Part shown: piece after piece, positions 1 through 8,601 of the stretch | How the letters are laid out: each line of letters opens with the position of its first letter | Numbering within the stretch: the stretch's first letter is position 1 | DNA from: an uncultured candidate division Zixibacteria bacterium | GTDB lineage: Bacteria > Zixibacteria > MSB-5A5 > UBA10806 > 4484-95 | Reading direction: 5' to 3' | NCBI GenBank assembly: GCA_963668625.2 | Contig: CAXXKA010000008.1 | Location: forward strand, 1,056,001 to 1,120,000 | DNA: 64,000 nucleotides | Made by a program: the position numbers and the translations under genes | Notes under the pieces: generated by a model | Told to the model about the DNA's origin: nothing | Database searches by the model: none | The model's input: the letters and a program-made list of their open reading frames with translations, nothing else

Positions 1-627
1 TTTTGGAAACCTATTTTGGATCTAGGTTGCTCAGCACACTATTGGATTAATGATTATTTTCAGGAATGGTTTAATAATGGATTAAATGATACAACCAACT
101 CAAAAATATTTCTTTCAATCTGGTCAAAAATGTTTGAACATGCGGATTCGTCTCCTAAATGGAGTAGAAAAAAAGAACGTAAAGGATATTATTGTAATGA
201 GATTTGGTGTTCTTTAATGGGATTTGATTATATATGCATGGATATTTGGAGTGCTGACAAAGCAACGATTGTAAAAGAAATGAAGGATTATTTTGCTCGC
301 TGGGCGAATAGAAATTTACTTTACGCCGACTGCATAAAAGCTTTTGCTACTTTTCTTAAGCAACCAGCGGCGATCTTGATACGTTTAGATGGTATTATTT
401 GGCTAGATATAGGATGCAAGAGTATTGATACTTACTATTGGGAAAAATCTGATTTTCAAGAGAAGTTAGTTTCACTACTTTCAGCTTGTTGGAAAGATGA
501 CGAAAATAATATTCGAAATAATCAAGATGTACTCAATTCTTTTAATAACTTATTGAATAAATTAGTAGAACTTCAAAACCAGACTGCAATGGAACTACAT
601 GATCTTATAATTAATCAGAGAAAATAA
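1..627 (+). CDS. C-terminal end of a larger hypothetical protein (5' truncated by window), Trp-rich and helical; possibly the tail of a large NTPase/defence protein
   Basis: Frame is open from base 1 (FWKPILDLG...), so the TTG at 16 is not the true start; AT-rich like the other island cargo genes. Confidence 0.6.
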   Translation, partial: FWKPILDLGCSAHYWINDYFQEWFNNGLNDTTNSKIFLSIWSKMFEHADSSPKWSRKKERKGYYCNEIWCSLMGFDYICMDIWSADKATIVKEMKDYFARWANRNLLYADCIKAFATFLKQPAAILIRLDGIIWLDIGCKSIDTYYWEKSDFQEKLVSLLSACWKDDENNIRNNQDVLNSFNNLLNKLVELQNQTAMELHDLIINQRK

Positions 628-712
628 ATTTATAAATATAAAACGCTAAATTATGGCTTAAATTAACTAGTTACTTACAATATGGTATAAGAATATGATA
701 ATCAGAAGATTA

Positions 713-1063
713 TTATTTACGTCTACGCGGCTTAACGGATAGTCTCTTAAGAGCCACCTCTGCTATTTCAGTAACAGCTTCAATATCCTCAGCAGATCTA
801 CTCTTTAATATCTCAATCAAATTATTCATAGCAAGTTGAGATTTGGTTTTCTTGTCAGGGAAATCAAACAAATCTTTCAACTCAACCTTCAAAACCTGTG
901 ATATTCTAAACAGGGTATCAACCGAAGCCGAACGCTTGCCGTTTTCGAGCAAAGCTATAAAATTAGTGCTCAAGCCAGCCTTATCGGCTAATTGAGCCTG
1001 TGTCAGTTTCAGGCCTTTCCGTAATTGCTTAATTCGGTTTCCCAGTAAAATCAAAATATCCAT
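713..1063 (-). CDS. XRE/Cro-C1 family HTH transcriptional regulator
   Basis: LGNRIKQLRK..LTQAQLA..AGLS..FI..LENGKR..S..TL..I...L HTH_3 pattern. Confidence 0.9.
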   Translation of the reverse strand: MDILILLGNRIKQLRKGLKLTQAQLADKAGLSTNFIALLENGKRSASVDTLFRISQVLKVELKDLFDFPDKKTKSQLAMNNLIEILKSRSAEDIEAVTEIAEVALKRLSVKPRRRK

Positions 1064-1102
1064 ACACTATAAATAAACGGATAGGAAACCCATTGCGTAA
1101 TA

Positions 1103-1171
1103 GACTGATAGTTATAGTAATGGCGATATATGCAAATTATATATTGACTAATAGTGTGTTTTTAGTATATT
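1103..1171 (+). promoter_or_regulatory. Promoter with two GACT-N3-AGT operator-like boxes between the XRE gene and the methyltransferase
   Basis: GACTGATAGTT at 1103-1113 and GACTAATAGTG at 1146-1156; the second overlaps TTGACT (1144)-16 nt-TATATT (1166). Confidence 0.45.
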
Positions 1172-1336
1172 GCCTTTGTCACTCAAGACGAAAGAAATAA
1201 CGGTTTCGACTGGGAAAACGCCTAAGATTCGGGGTGTTACCTATTGGTATGTAATGGCTTAAGCGAAATGATGACATCTACATGATTTCGAAAATTAGTG
1301 AACATCGTAAAAACATAACCTGGAAAGAGAAATGAT

Positions 1337-2119
1337 ATGCTAGCCAAAGTCTTAGAAAGAGAAATAGCCTGGCATCGAGAACTGGCAAAAACGCTGAAAT
1401 TATTCAAGATGCCAGCATCAGAAATCACAAAATATACGGAGACTCCAGCCGCCTCATACAATCCCAAGCAATTCATGTTCCGCGCGATGAGCCCAGTTGA
1501 AGGAAGAACGATACTGGACTTTGGATGCGGTAGCGGCGTGACCTCGGTACAACTCGCTATGATGGGGGCCGCCAAGGTGGTCGGCTTCGATCTATCACCG
1601 GATCTTATCAAGTACGCGACATACTTAGCCAGTCTTAACAATGTAGCCCGTATCTGTGAATTCCATGAATCTAATGCTCTCACCTACGATATCGGTACTG
1701 GAATGTATGACCGCATATTGATCGACAACGTCATGCACCATCTACCTCGCGAGGAATTCCCTGATATCCTGGATAAAATAAACAAGGCCTTAAAGCCAAA
1801 CGGAATTGTTGTATTCCGCGAGCCGGTAAACTATCTGCCCTGGTTAAACTCGTTTAAACTGGCAATCGGTTATAAGGCAGACGCTACTGAGGATGAGCAT
1901 GAACTGGGGAACACAGATGTAAATCTGATAGCTACGGCATTTGAATTAGTAACGATTAAGCATTTCTCGATGTTTGATCGTGTCGCTATGTCGCTGGGCT
2001 TGGATCAAGCTAGATCTATATCTCAGAGAGTCGATAGTGCGCTGCTAAACTTAATGCCAAGTTTTATGAGTAAGTTTGCCGGTACTGTGGTTATAACAGG
2101 TTACCCTCGTAACAAATAG
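1337..2119 (+). CDS. Class I SAM-dependent methyltransferase
   Basis: Motif I ILDFGCGSG, VVGFDLS, MHHL, LKPNG..VFREP. Confidence 0.9.
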   Translation: MLAKVLEREIAWHRELAKTLKLFKMPASEITKYTETPAASYNPKQFMFRAMSPVEGRTILDFGCGSGVTSVQLAMMGAAKVVGFDLSPDLIKYATYLASLNNVARICEFHESNALTYDIGTGMYDRILIDNVMHHLPREEFPDILDKINKALKPNGIVVFREPVNYLPWLNSFKLAIGYKADATEDEHELGNTDVNLIATAFELVTIKHFSMFDRVAMSLGLDQARSISQRVDSALLNLMPSFMSKFAGTVVITGYPRNK

Positions 2120-2157
2120 ATAACAATAAATAAAATTACAAAAGAAAGGACAAAACA

Positions 2158-3498
2158 ATGAAACGGTTAAATATCTTGACTACGATATTGGTTGTCTTAA
2201 TGGTAATTCCAGCATCCCCATCAACCATCAACATCCCAGCCGATTATCCGACCATTCAGGAGGGAGTAAACGCAGCAGGTAACGACGACACGGTCCTGGT
2301 ACAACCGGGAACGTACGTTGAGAATCTATTTCTTGATGAACAAACAGTCGTTCTAGCTTCACTGTTCTTGACTACCGGCGACACGAGTTATATCGAGCAA
2401 ACCATTATCGATGGTAATGCCTCTGGTACGGTAGTAACGTTTCATTATCAAAACCACCATAACCGAGTATCACATTTGATAGGCTTCACGATTCAAAACG
2501 GTTATGCCCAGTTTGACCAATATCAATTCGGCGGAGGAATCTGTTGTCAGTACTCCAACCCGATAATCGATCACAACATCATTACCAACAATCACTCAGA
2601 CTGGGCCGGTGGTGGAATTCTGTGTTGGACTGGCGCGGGCCCCGTAATCTCGAATAACAGGATATTCAATAACATCGCTGACGATGAGGGCGGCGGCCTT
2701 TGGAGCGCCTGGTCGCATCCCACAGTTATCAACAATCTTATCTATTCAAACCAAGCCGCTGCTGGTGCAGGTGTAGTATTTGCAGTATGTGGTGACCTTA
2801 CATTTTCAAATAATCTCATAGCACGCAATGAAGCCGATTCTATCGGTAGTGCGGTCTGGGCGAAAAGTTCAGATATATTAATTGCGAATTCAACGATAGT
2901 AGATAATACTACCGATATATCCGATCCATCCGTTCACATTAGTGGTCAAGGTTACCTAGGGTTATTAAACACCATTGTGTGGAACAATGGATTACCACCA
3001 ATACACGTCAGTTCCAACTCAAACATTTCAGTCTCTTATTCCGACATCGAAGATGGCTGGACAGGAATAGGAAACATCGATGAGGATCCAATGTTCTGCT
3101 ATCCCGATACACTAAACTACCAATTGCAGGAAGACTCTCCTTGTGTCGGCACTGGCCAGAGCGGAGCTAACATCGGCGCGTATGGAATAGGATGTGCTAC
3201 TGTTGATATACTAGAAGATGTTGCCAATCTGCCATCGGTCTGCGTGCTGGCTCAGAATTATCCGAATCCATTCAACGCTTCGACTGTTATCAGTTATTCA
3301 CTTCCATACGATGCGAAAGTTAAGCTTGATATCTATGACATTGCTGGTCGGCATATTGAGACTTTGCTAAACTCATTCCAATTGGCTGAGCGCTATCAAG
3401 TAAACTGGAATGCTGTTAATTATTCATCAGGAGTATATTTCTATAAACTCCAGGTTGATGATTTTAGTGAATCGAGGAAGATGTTCTTAGTAAAGTAA
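2158..3498 (+). CDS. Secreted right-handed parallel beta-helix protein with C-terminal secretion/sorting (T9SS-A/FlgD-like) domain
   Basis: Signal peptide, IPADYPTIQEG..VLVQPGTY, repeated GGGI.C/N..I..N beta-helix turns, C-terminal QNYPNPFN...SSGVYFYKL...RKMFLVK. Confidence 0.85.
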   Translation: MKRLNILTTILVVLMVIPASPSTINIPADYPTIQEGVNAAGNDDTVLVQPGTYVENLFLDEQTVVLASLFLTTGDTSYIEQTIIDGNASGTVVTFHYQNHHNRVSHLIGFTIQNGYAQFDQYQFGGGICCQYSNPIIDHNIITNNHSDWAGGGILCWTGAGPVISNNRIFNNIADDEGGGLWSAWSHPTVINNLIYSNQAAAGAGVVFAVCGDLTFSNNLIARNEADSIGSAVWAKSSDILIANSTIVDNTTDISDPSVHISGQGYLGLLNTIVWNNGLPPIHVSSNSNISVSYSDIEDGWTGIGNIDEDPMFCYPDTLNYQLQEDSPCVGTGQSGANIGAYGIGCATVDILEDVANLPSVCVLAQNYPNPFNASTVISYSLPYDAKVKLDIYDIAGRHIETLLNSFQLAERYQVNWNAVNYSSGVYFYKLQVDDFSESRKMFLVK

Positions 3499-3529
3499 AA
3501 AAAAGGGAGCGAATAAGCTCCCATTTTTT
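3497..3529. terminator. Bidirectional intrinsic terminator
   Basis: A-run, GGGAGC-gaataa-GCTCCC, T-run, between convergent genes. Confidence 0.8.
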
Positions 3530-3650
3530 AGCCTGAATCGGTACTCTCGGTTTCAGGCTTTTCATCCTTCTTTGGCAGAACCAGCTTCAGTATCTTCTCG
3601 ACGAGCGTCCCAACTGAATTTGCCAGTTCCTCGACATCTGATTCCTTCAT
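3528..3650 (-). CDS. Small 40-aa protein downstream of the Ubl operon (not in ORF track)
   Basis: GGAGG RBS at 3656-3660, ATG 3650; MKESDVEELANSVGTLVEKILKLVLPKKDEKPETESTDSG*. Confidence 0.55.
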   Translation of the reverse strand: MKESDVEELANSVGTLVEKILKLVLPKKDEKPETESTDSG

Positions 3651-3720
3651 CAACACCTCCAACATATTAAGCGGCGAAGAATTTCAGCAATCACCGCTAA
3701 TACGGTTTTAAGTTTACCTG

Positions 3721-4392
3721 TCATTTACGAATTCCTTCCTTGAGCAGACTCAGAGTTTTCAGATCGAGAGTGACCGCAGGTTCAATCCACTCATCATTGG
3801 CAAATGCAGCGACCTGCATACAGATCAGACCAGCTAGTGGCAGTACTGAATAAATAATCGATTTGGCGGTACAGCGTTCATCCAGGGTCTCTGAATCATC
3901 CACCAGGGTCTGTTCGTATCTTTTACAGCTTGATGGTTCACCAGGACGAATACAATAGACCTGAATTACTCGTGCTGCCATACGTGGATCGATGAGAAGC
4001 TGTGCACTGCGATTGATTGAAACCGATGCCCAAATACGCTTCCGCACATCCATAGAGTCCACCGCGGATATAACAATGTCAGCTTCGGGCTTCTGTTTGA
4101 TGAAAGACCGTGCCAGGGTAATCATTGAGATTTGCCCATCAAATTGACGGATCAGATCGGAACAGGCATCCACTTTCTTTTTACCCAGATCGCTGTCTCT
4201 ATAGAATTGGTTGGGGAGGTTCTCAACGCTTACCTTATCATTATCGATCAGCGTTAATTGACCGATTCCCATTTTACAAAGAGAAAGGGCTGTGAAACTT
4301 CCAACAGCTCCACAGCCCACTATCGCGATATGCAAATTCGCCAGCCTTTCCTGATTAACAAGTTCCTGCTGACGGATATATTTATCATCCAT
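3721..4392 (-). CDS. ThiF/E1-like ubiquitin-activating enzyme
   Basis: IVGCGAVG nucleotide-binding loop, DNDKVSVENLPNQ, AVDS..R; candidate catalytic Cys174 (DERCTAK); GGAGG RBS. Confidence 0.9.
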   Translation of the reverse strand: MDDKYIRQQELVNQERLANLHIAIVGCGAVGSFTALSLCKMGIGQLTLIDNDKVSVENLPNQFYRDSDLGKKKVDACSDLIRQFDGQISMITLARSFIKQKPEADIVISAVDSMDVRKRIWASVSINRSAQLLIDPRMAARVIQVYCIRPGEPSSCKRYEQTLVDDSETLDERCTAKSIIYSVLPLAGLICMQVAAFANDEWIEPAVTLDLKTLSLLKEGIRK

Positions 4393-4400
4393 TAGACCTC

Positions 4401-5078
4401 CTAAAAGTCCTCAAACATTGATTGCCTCGTAAGCATCTCATATTCGTGGAAATTTATGACTCCCTGGTTAAGCGCCTCCTCCAGCTCCTCCTCGCTTTCA
4501 AATTCACTAACAGGTATCATCTTTTCTTTCGGTATTTGAGGAGTTTTGTCTTTCTTAACTTTGGCTTTGAATTCGGCCTCCAGTTGTTCTTTCAACTCGC
4601 CATCTTGAGGAAAGTAAATCTGTGTCGCAACTCTATCCAAAACCATGTGACAGGGTTTGTAAACATCTATCCTCGTAAGTATCTCATCTCTGGAATTTGT
4701 AACAATGGATACCGAATACGAGCCATTGGCTAATAGCTCACAGCATTTATGGTCAGTCGAGGACCAGAATGTTTTCATATTCGCGTGACTATGAATCCAA
4801 CATTTTAACTTAGCGCAGTCAATGTTCCGCGATGCCAGGTCAATCATCAGATCGGCAACTGCCTTATCATCTATGATCGTTTCTACGCCATTTACAACTT
4901 GTGTAAGCAAGTATATCTCTGAAACCAACAGACCAGTTGTAGTGCCGTTCTCCTGCAGTTCCTCGATAATGCCTAGGGCGCTGACCTCATCACTACCAGA
5001 AAGGCTAATCCAATACCTGAACTTTGCCCAGGCTTTGTAATCGACATACACCACAAACTCATTCGGTTTCATCTTCAT
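4401..5078 (-). CDS. JAB/MPN (JAMM) metallo-isopeptidase, DUB-like
   Basis: EVS...HSH-x7-S-x2-D (HSHANMKTFWSSTD) complete JAMM motif; start re-assigned to ATG 5078 after GGGAGG. Confidence 0.9.
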   Translation of the reverse strand: MKMKPNEFVVYVDYKAWAKFRYWISLSGSDEVSALGIIEELQENGTTTGLLVSEIYLLTQVVNGVETIIDDKAVADLMIDLASRNIDCAKLKCWIHSHANMKTFWSSTDHKCCELLANGSYSVSIVTNSRDEILTRIDVYKPCHMVLDRVATQIYFPQDGELKEQLEAEFKAKVKKDKTPQIPKEKMIPVSEFESEEELEEALNQGVINFHEYEMLTRQSMFEDF

Positions 5079-6267
5079 CGTCACCTCCCTGATGTGGACA
5101 ATCCATAATATCACAGTTTAAGCAATGATTTTGATTAACAGAGTGACAGCTTTCGTAATCCTTATAGTACAGGCAGGTGGTAAACCTGCAGGTCATACAC
5201 TTCTTTGGATCAACATCATGACAATCAGTTAGCAGTTCAATGCCAGGTTCACATCGATCAGGGCAGTTTACGCAGTTCTCGAAATGTATATCTTCGATGC
5301 ATTCGTTCAATGCATTCTCATAGTACGGACAAAAACTATCTCCACAGTCGAGGCAAATACGTCCATAACTACCGCCTTCTCGGCAACGTTCATACTCGTC
5401 CTTTTCTTCAGAGTAATCGGGATCATTCCAGAATTGTATGCGTTGGTAGGCATCATCTTCATTGTACTCGTGTACGAACTTATGAAGTATTTCCAGAGTG
5501 CCGAAAATCTCGTATTCGCCCATCATCTGGCGAAGACCTGAGGCGATGTTCCCTAGACAAATCTCATTGTCGCTGTTCACGTGTGGATGTGGATAATCAT
5601 TCACTGTGTTATCGTGGTTATAGATCTTAGCCCGGCCCTCACTCAGATTAAGCTCTATCTGAAGCTCACCAATTTCGAATTCCTCTCCATCGTGCTGGAT
5701 ATAAACCGTGTGAGTTATAGCACGAAGATACTTATCATCTATGGTGATTGACTGATACATCCCAGGGACCAGCTTTTTCAACTGATGATACTCGTTGACG
5801 ATTTTTTTACATATCGGTAGGCTTGGATGACTTAGCTGATCCAAAACATGCTTATCGATATTGCGCGTCCTGGTTAGTTCGAATATCTGACGGTTTAGAC
5901 TATCCAGCGTGTTATCAGCCTGGTAGACAGAGTTCTTGAGCGCCTGTTTACGTTCCTCAAACCCTGACAGGACCAGCTTCTTAAGCTGATCCCGTTTTTG
6001 TGTGTGGTACTTCTGTGACAATGGCAGAAGATGTTCCTCAAGAGCTTTAGTGATAACCTCCAGGTTGTCTTCATTGAGCGGATACCCTATGTGAAGAGTA
6101 AGTTCCTCGACCTTGACTGGAATATCGGCGTTCTCCTTAAAAACGACCTGGATTGCATCTGGATTGTTTTGAGTAAATACATCAGAAGGTAACTGCTCGA
6201 CCTCGATAGGAACGTTGAGTGACTGGGCGTGATAGCTGGCAAGAGAGTTAATCTTCTGCCAGATCAC
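5059..6267 (-). CDS. E2/UBC-like conjugating enzyme with N-terminal coiled coil and C-terminal four Cys4 repeats
   Basis: PHPHVNSDNEICLG matches the E2 HPN-x7-C signature (Cys237); 16 Cys in four C-x7-9-CxxC-x3-4-C units; GTGA overlap with Ubl stop. Confidence 0.8.
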   Translation of the reverse strand: MIWQKINSLASYHAQSLNVPIEVEQLPSDVFTQNNPDAIQVVFKENADIPVKVEELTLHIGYPLNEDNLEVITKALEEHLLPLSQKYHTQKRDQLKKLVLSGFEERKQALKNSVYQADNTLDSLNRQIFELTRTRNIDKHVLDQLSHPSLPICKKIVNEYHQLKKLVPGMYQSITIDDKYLRAITHTVYIQHDGEEFEIGELQIELNLSEGRAKIYNHDNTVNDYPHPHVNSDNEICLGNIASGLRQMMGEYEIFGTLEILHKFVHEYNEDDAYQRIQFWNDPDYSEEKDEYERCREGGSYGRICLDCGDSFCPYYENALNECIEDIHFENCVNCPDRCEPGIELLTDCHDVDPKKCMTCRFTTCLYYKDYESCHSVNQNHCLNCDIMDCPHQGGDDEDETE

Positions 6268-6473
6268 CGGCGACCACCTTTGATCTGAGGGTTCATCGTA
6301 ACCACGTCACCATCCTGCACCGGCGAGCTGTCAAATGCAGGGTGACCGTTTAAGGTAATTGTCATATGATCACGGTTGAAACCCGCAGCCTGTATAACGT
6401 GCTCTACGTTTGCGCCTTCTTGAATTTCAACCTCTTTAGCGGACTCACCTAGCTTTAGAACCTTGACTTTCAT
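6264..6473 (-). CDS. Ubiquitin-like beta-grasp protein (ThiS/MoaD/SAMP-like) with GG followed by an RR extension
   Basis: 69 aa, MKVKV...LNG...VQDGDVVTM.PQIKGGRR; GAGGAG RBS; first gene of the E2-JAB-E1 operon. Confidence 0.85.
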   Translation of the reverse strand: MKVKVLKLGESAKEVEIQEGANVEHVIQAAGFNRDHMTITLNGHPAFDSSPVQDGDVVTMNPQIKGGRR

Positions 6474-6494
6474 ATATTCTCCTCTGTTAAAATG

Positions 6495-6517
6495 AAAAAG
6501 CCCGCCTGATGACGGGC
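6495..6517 (-). terminator. Terminator-like hairpin in the leader of the Ubl operon
   Basis: Minus strand GCCCG-tcatcagg-CGGGC-TTTTT between the putative promoter and the Ubl RBS. Confidence 0.55.
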
Positions 6518-6542
6518 AGTTTGTTGTTATTATTCTTATACC

Positions 6543-6592
6543 ATTTTAATGAAGTAATTGGGCTTGACAAATCAGTATGCGATTGGTAATTT
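6543..6592. promoter_or_regulatory. Divergent overlapping sigma70-type promoters (Ubl operon / kiwa)
   Basis: Plus: TTGACA(6564)-17-TAATTT; minus: TTGTCA-16-TAAAAT; both -35 elements lie within TTGACAA at 6564-6570. Confidence 0.5.
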
Positions 6593-6774
6593 TAATAAAG
6601 AAATGATAATAATAGTTGTTTTAGTTGCCTATGTCTAATTAGAACTCTATAAAATATTAGCGTTTAAAATAATTGCTAATATTATTCAGCTGATTTGTTT
6701 ACAGCAGTAACTTTATGATAAAATTTATTTTAAATTATTTGAATTGTTTTTAGTTAATTGTAGGAAGGTTTTGA

Positions 6775-7338
6775 ATGCCTAAAAGCAGGAATAATGAAGG
6801 ATTAAAAATGGCTCGTTTATTAATGGTATTGAGCAGCATTTCCCCCCTTTTTATTTTATGGGCAATTCGCGGTAATACTCTGGTACCAGAATACTATTTC
6901 TTTGGCTTTTGTGCAGCGATGGTAATATTGCCAAATTTATTCCTTTGGTTAAGAATTCACACAGCTCAAAAACTTAATGAACAAAGGGAAATAACAATTG
7001 GATCGGCTGAAGACCACAGAGACCATTTATTAGTTTATCTTTTTGCTATGTTATTGCCTTTTTATTCAGCGGATATGTGTTCATGGCGCGAAGTTGTTTG
7101 CGCATTAACAGCTCTTGGTTTTATTATCTATCTATTCTATCACCTAAATCTCCACTATATGAATATAGCATTTGCCGCTAAAGGTTATAGAGTATTTACT
7201 GTCTACCCGCCAAATGACGATAATCCTATAAGCGGCAAGACCAGTTTGGTATTAATTACTAAACACGTTTCTTTGTTCTCTGGACAAAAAATAAATGCTT
7301 ATAGACTCAGTAACACAGTATATTTTGAGAGGAATTGA
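6775..7338 (+). CDS. kwaA: Kiwa anti-phage system membrane sensor KwaA
   Basis: About four TM segments, LSS..PLF, YL...LLPF, HYMN.....GY.V pattern; overlaps the downstream DUF4868-like gene. Confidence 0.75.
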   Translation: MPKSRNNEGLKMARLLMVLSSISPLFILWAIRGNTLVPEYYFFGFCAAMVILPNLFLWLRIHTAQKLNEQREITIGSAEDHRDHLLVYLFAMLLPFYSADMCSWREVVCALTALGFIIYLFYHLNLHYMNIAFAAKGYRVFTVYPPNDDNPISGKTSLVLITKHVSLFSGQKINAYRLSNTVYFERN

Positions 7339-8243
7339 TGACATTAGATTTCGATATTGAAAAAATCGAGATTGTTGAATTCGGTGTTGGTATTGATGAA
7401 GTACAAAACCAGTCTTTTAACTGCATTACAGTTGATATAAACGTTCAGTTCGCCTTAAAGGAAATGATTATTTCAACTTGGGATACTTTACAGTCCAATA
7501 ATGATAATCCTGGAATTTTTGAAGCCTCCGAAAAATATAACACTACAGAGTATATTTATTTGCCTCTTTGTGATAATTTAGCAGAGAAACTAAAACAGTT
7601 GCACGAATCAGAGAATCTTGAAATCGATAACACAATATTAGATGATCCTTCCAATTTATATTGCTATTTCACGCGTATGTTAGATACACAAGGTAGGCGA
7701 CTTACAGCAATTCGGCGCGCGACTCAATTTAAAGGAGTCTTAAAAAAGCGCCTTGTTAGGCTTGTTACAGATGCCTTAAAGATAATTGACGACAAAGTAT
7801 TTAAACTTGATAATGATTTTGATCTGCTTATTGATTCTTCTAATATTCATATTTTAAGGCCTAGCGGTTTTGAATTTGTATGTCATTTGCAAACTGCTAT
7901 TCTTGCAGCCGTGGAGAAAAATATCAATAAAATTAAAAAAGATTTGCCTTACGTAGATTTTTCTTCAATTCAAGAATTTGCTGGTAAACATACTCGTGCA
8001 GCTAGGTATTTAGCTTCAATTCGTTCACAAGATATAAAGAACACTGATGCAAGCGCTTTAAGGAAGCTATGTAAAAATACAAATGTTGATGTTCGAACTG
8101 TAAAAGGCAAAATAACAGTTGAAAAAAAAGATATAATGGGATTCTTAGAAGTCCTAGACAGACGTAGATATGAAGTGACATTAGTAAAAGGCTCGCCAGA
8201 ACGTTTTAGAGCGCCAAGTAGAAAAAAATTACCCAGGCAATAA
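7335..8243 (+). CDS. kwaB: Kiwa anti-phage effector KwaB (DUF4868-like)
   Basis: About 300 aa, FKLDNDFDLLI....I.I.....FE, C-terminal FLEVLDRRRY...RF.A.SRKK; coupled to a KwaA-like gene. Confidence 0.75.
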   Translation: MMTLDFDIEKIEIVEFGVGIDEVQNQSFNCITVDINVQFALKEMIISTWDTLQSNNDNPGIFEASEKYNTTEYIYLPLCDNLAEKLKQLHESENLEIDNTILDDPSNLYCYFTRMLDTQGRRLTAIRRATQFKGVLKKRLVRLVTDALKIIDDKVFKLDNDFDLLIDSSNIHILRPSGFEFVCHLQTAILAAVEKNINKIKKDLPYVDFSSIQEFAGKHTRAARYLASIRSQDIKNTDASALRKLCKNTNVDVRTVKGKITVEKKDIMGFLEVLDRRRYEVTLVKGSPERFRAPSRKKLPRQ

Positions 8244-8601
8244 AGGTAAATTATGTGGAAAGAAGCTTTTCGATATTAACATGTAGACATTGAAAAAAGT
8301 TTATAAGACAGATATTAGTTTTAATTTATAAGGCGATTTTGTTAGCAACTATGTAGATTAGAATTTTTTTAATAGTTAGATGATTTTTAAATTCTCTATT
8401 TTTTACATCTTGGGAGAACTTATTATTTAGGGCCTAAATATTAAAACCATTCGGGGATATGGCAAAAAAATTATAGTATAATAATATACGGTAGAAAGCA
8501 TTTATACGTTATTTTATCTGATGCCAGCATATATAGTTTAAATTAAGCATAGCTTGGGATTCGAGGAAAATTGTTGTCTAATTAATATTGAAAGGTGATT
8601 T

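Noticed and set aside
5098-5385. RING finger, ferredoxin or multiheme cytochrome
   Set aside because: Spacing is not C3HC4, CxxCxxCxxxCP or CxxCH
3721-6473. ThiS/ThiF or MoaD/MoeB cofactor biosynthesis operon
   Set aside because: No thiG, moaE or cysteine synthase nearby, the E1 lacks the paired CxxC zinc motifs, and an E2 is present
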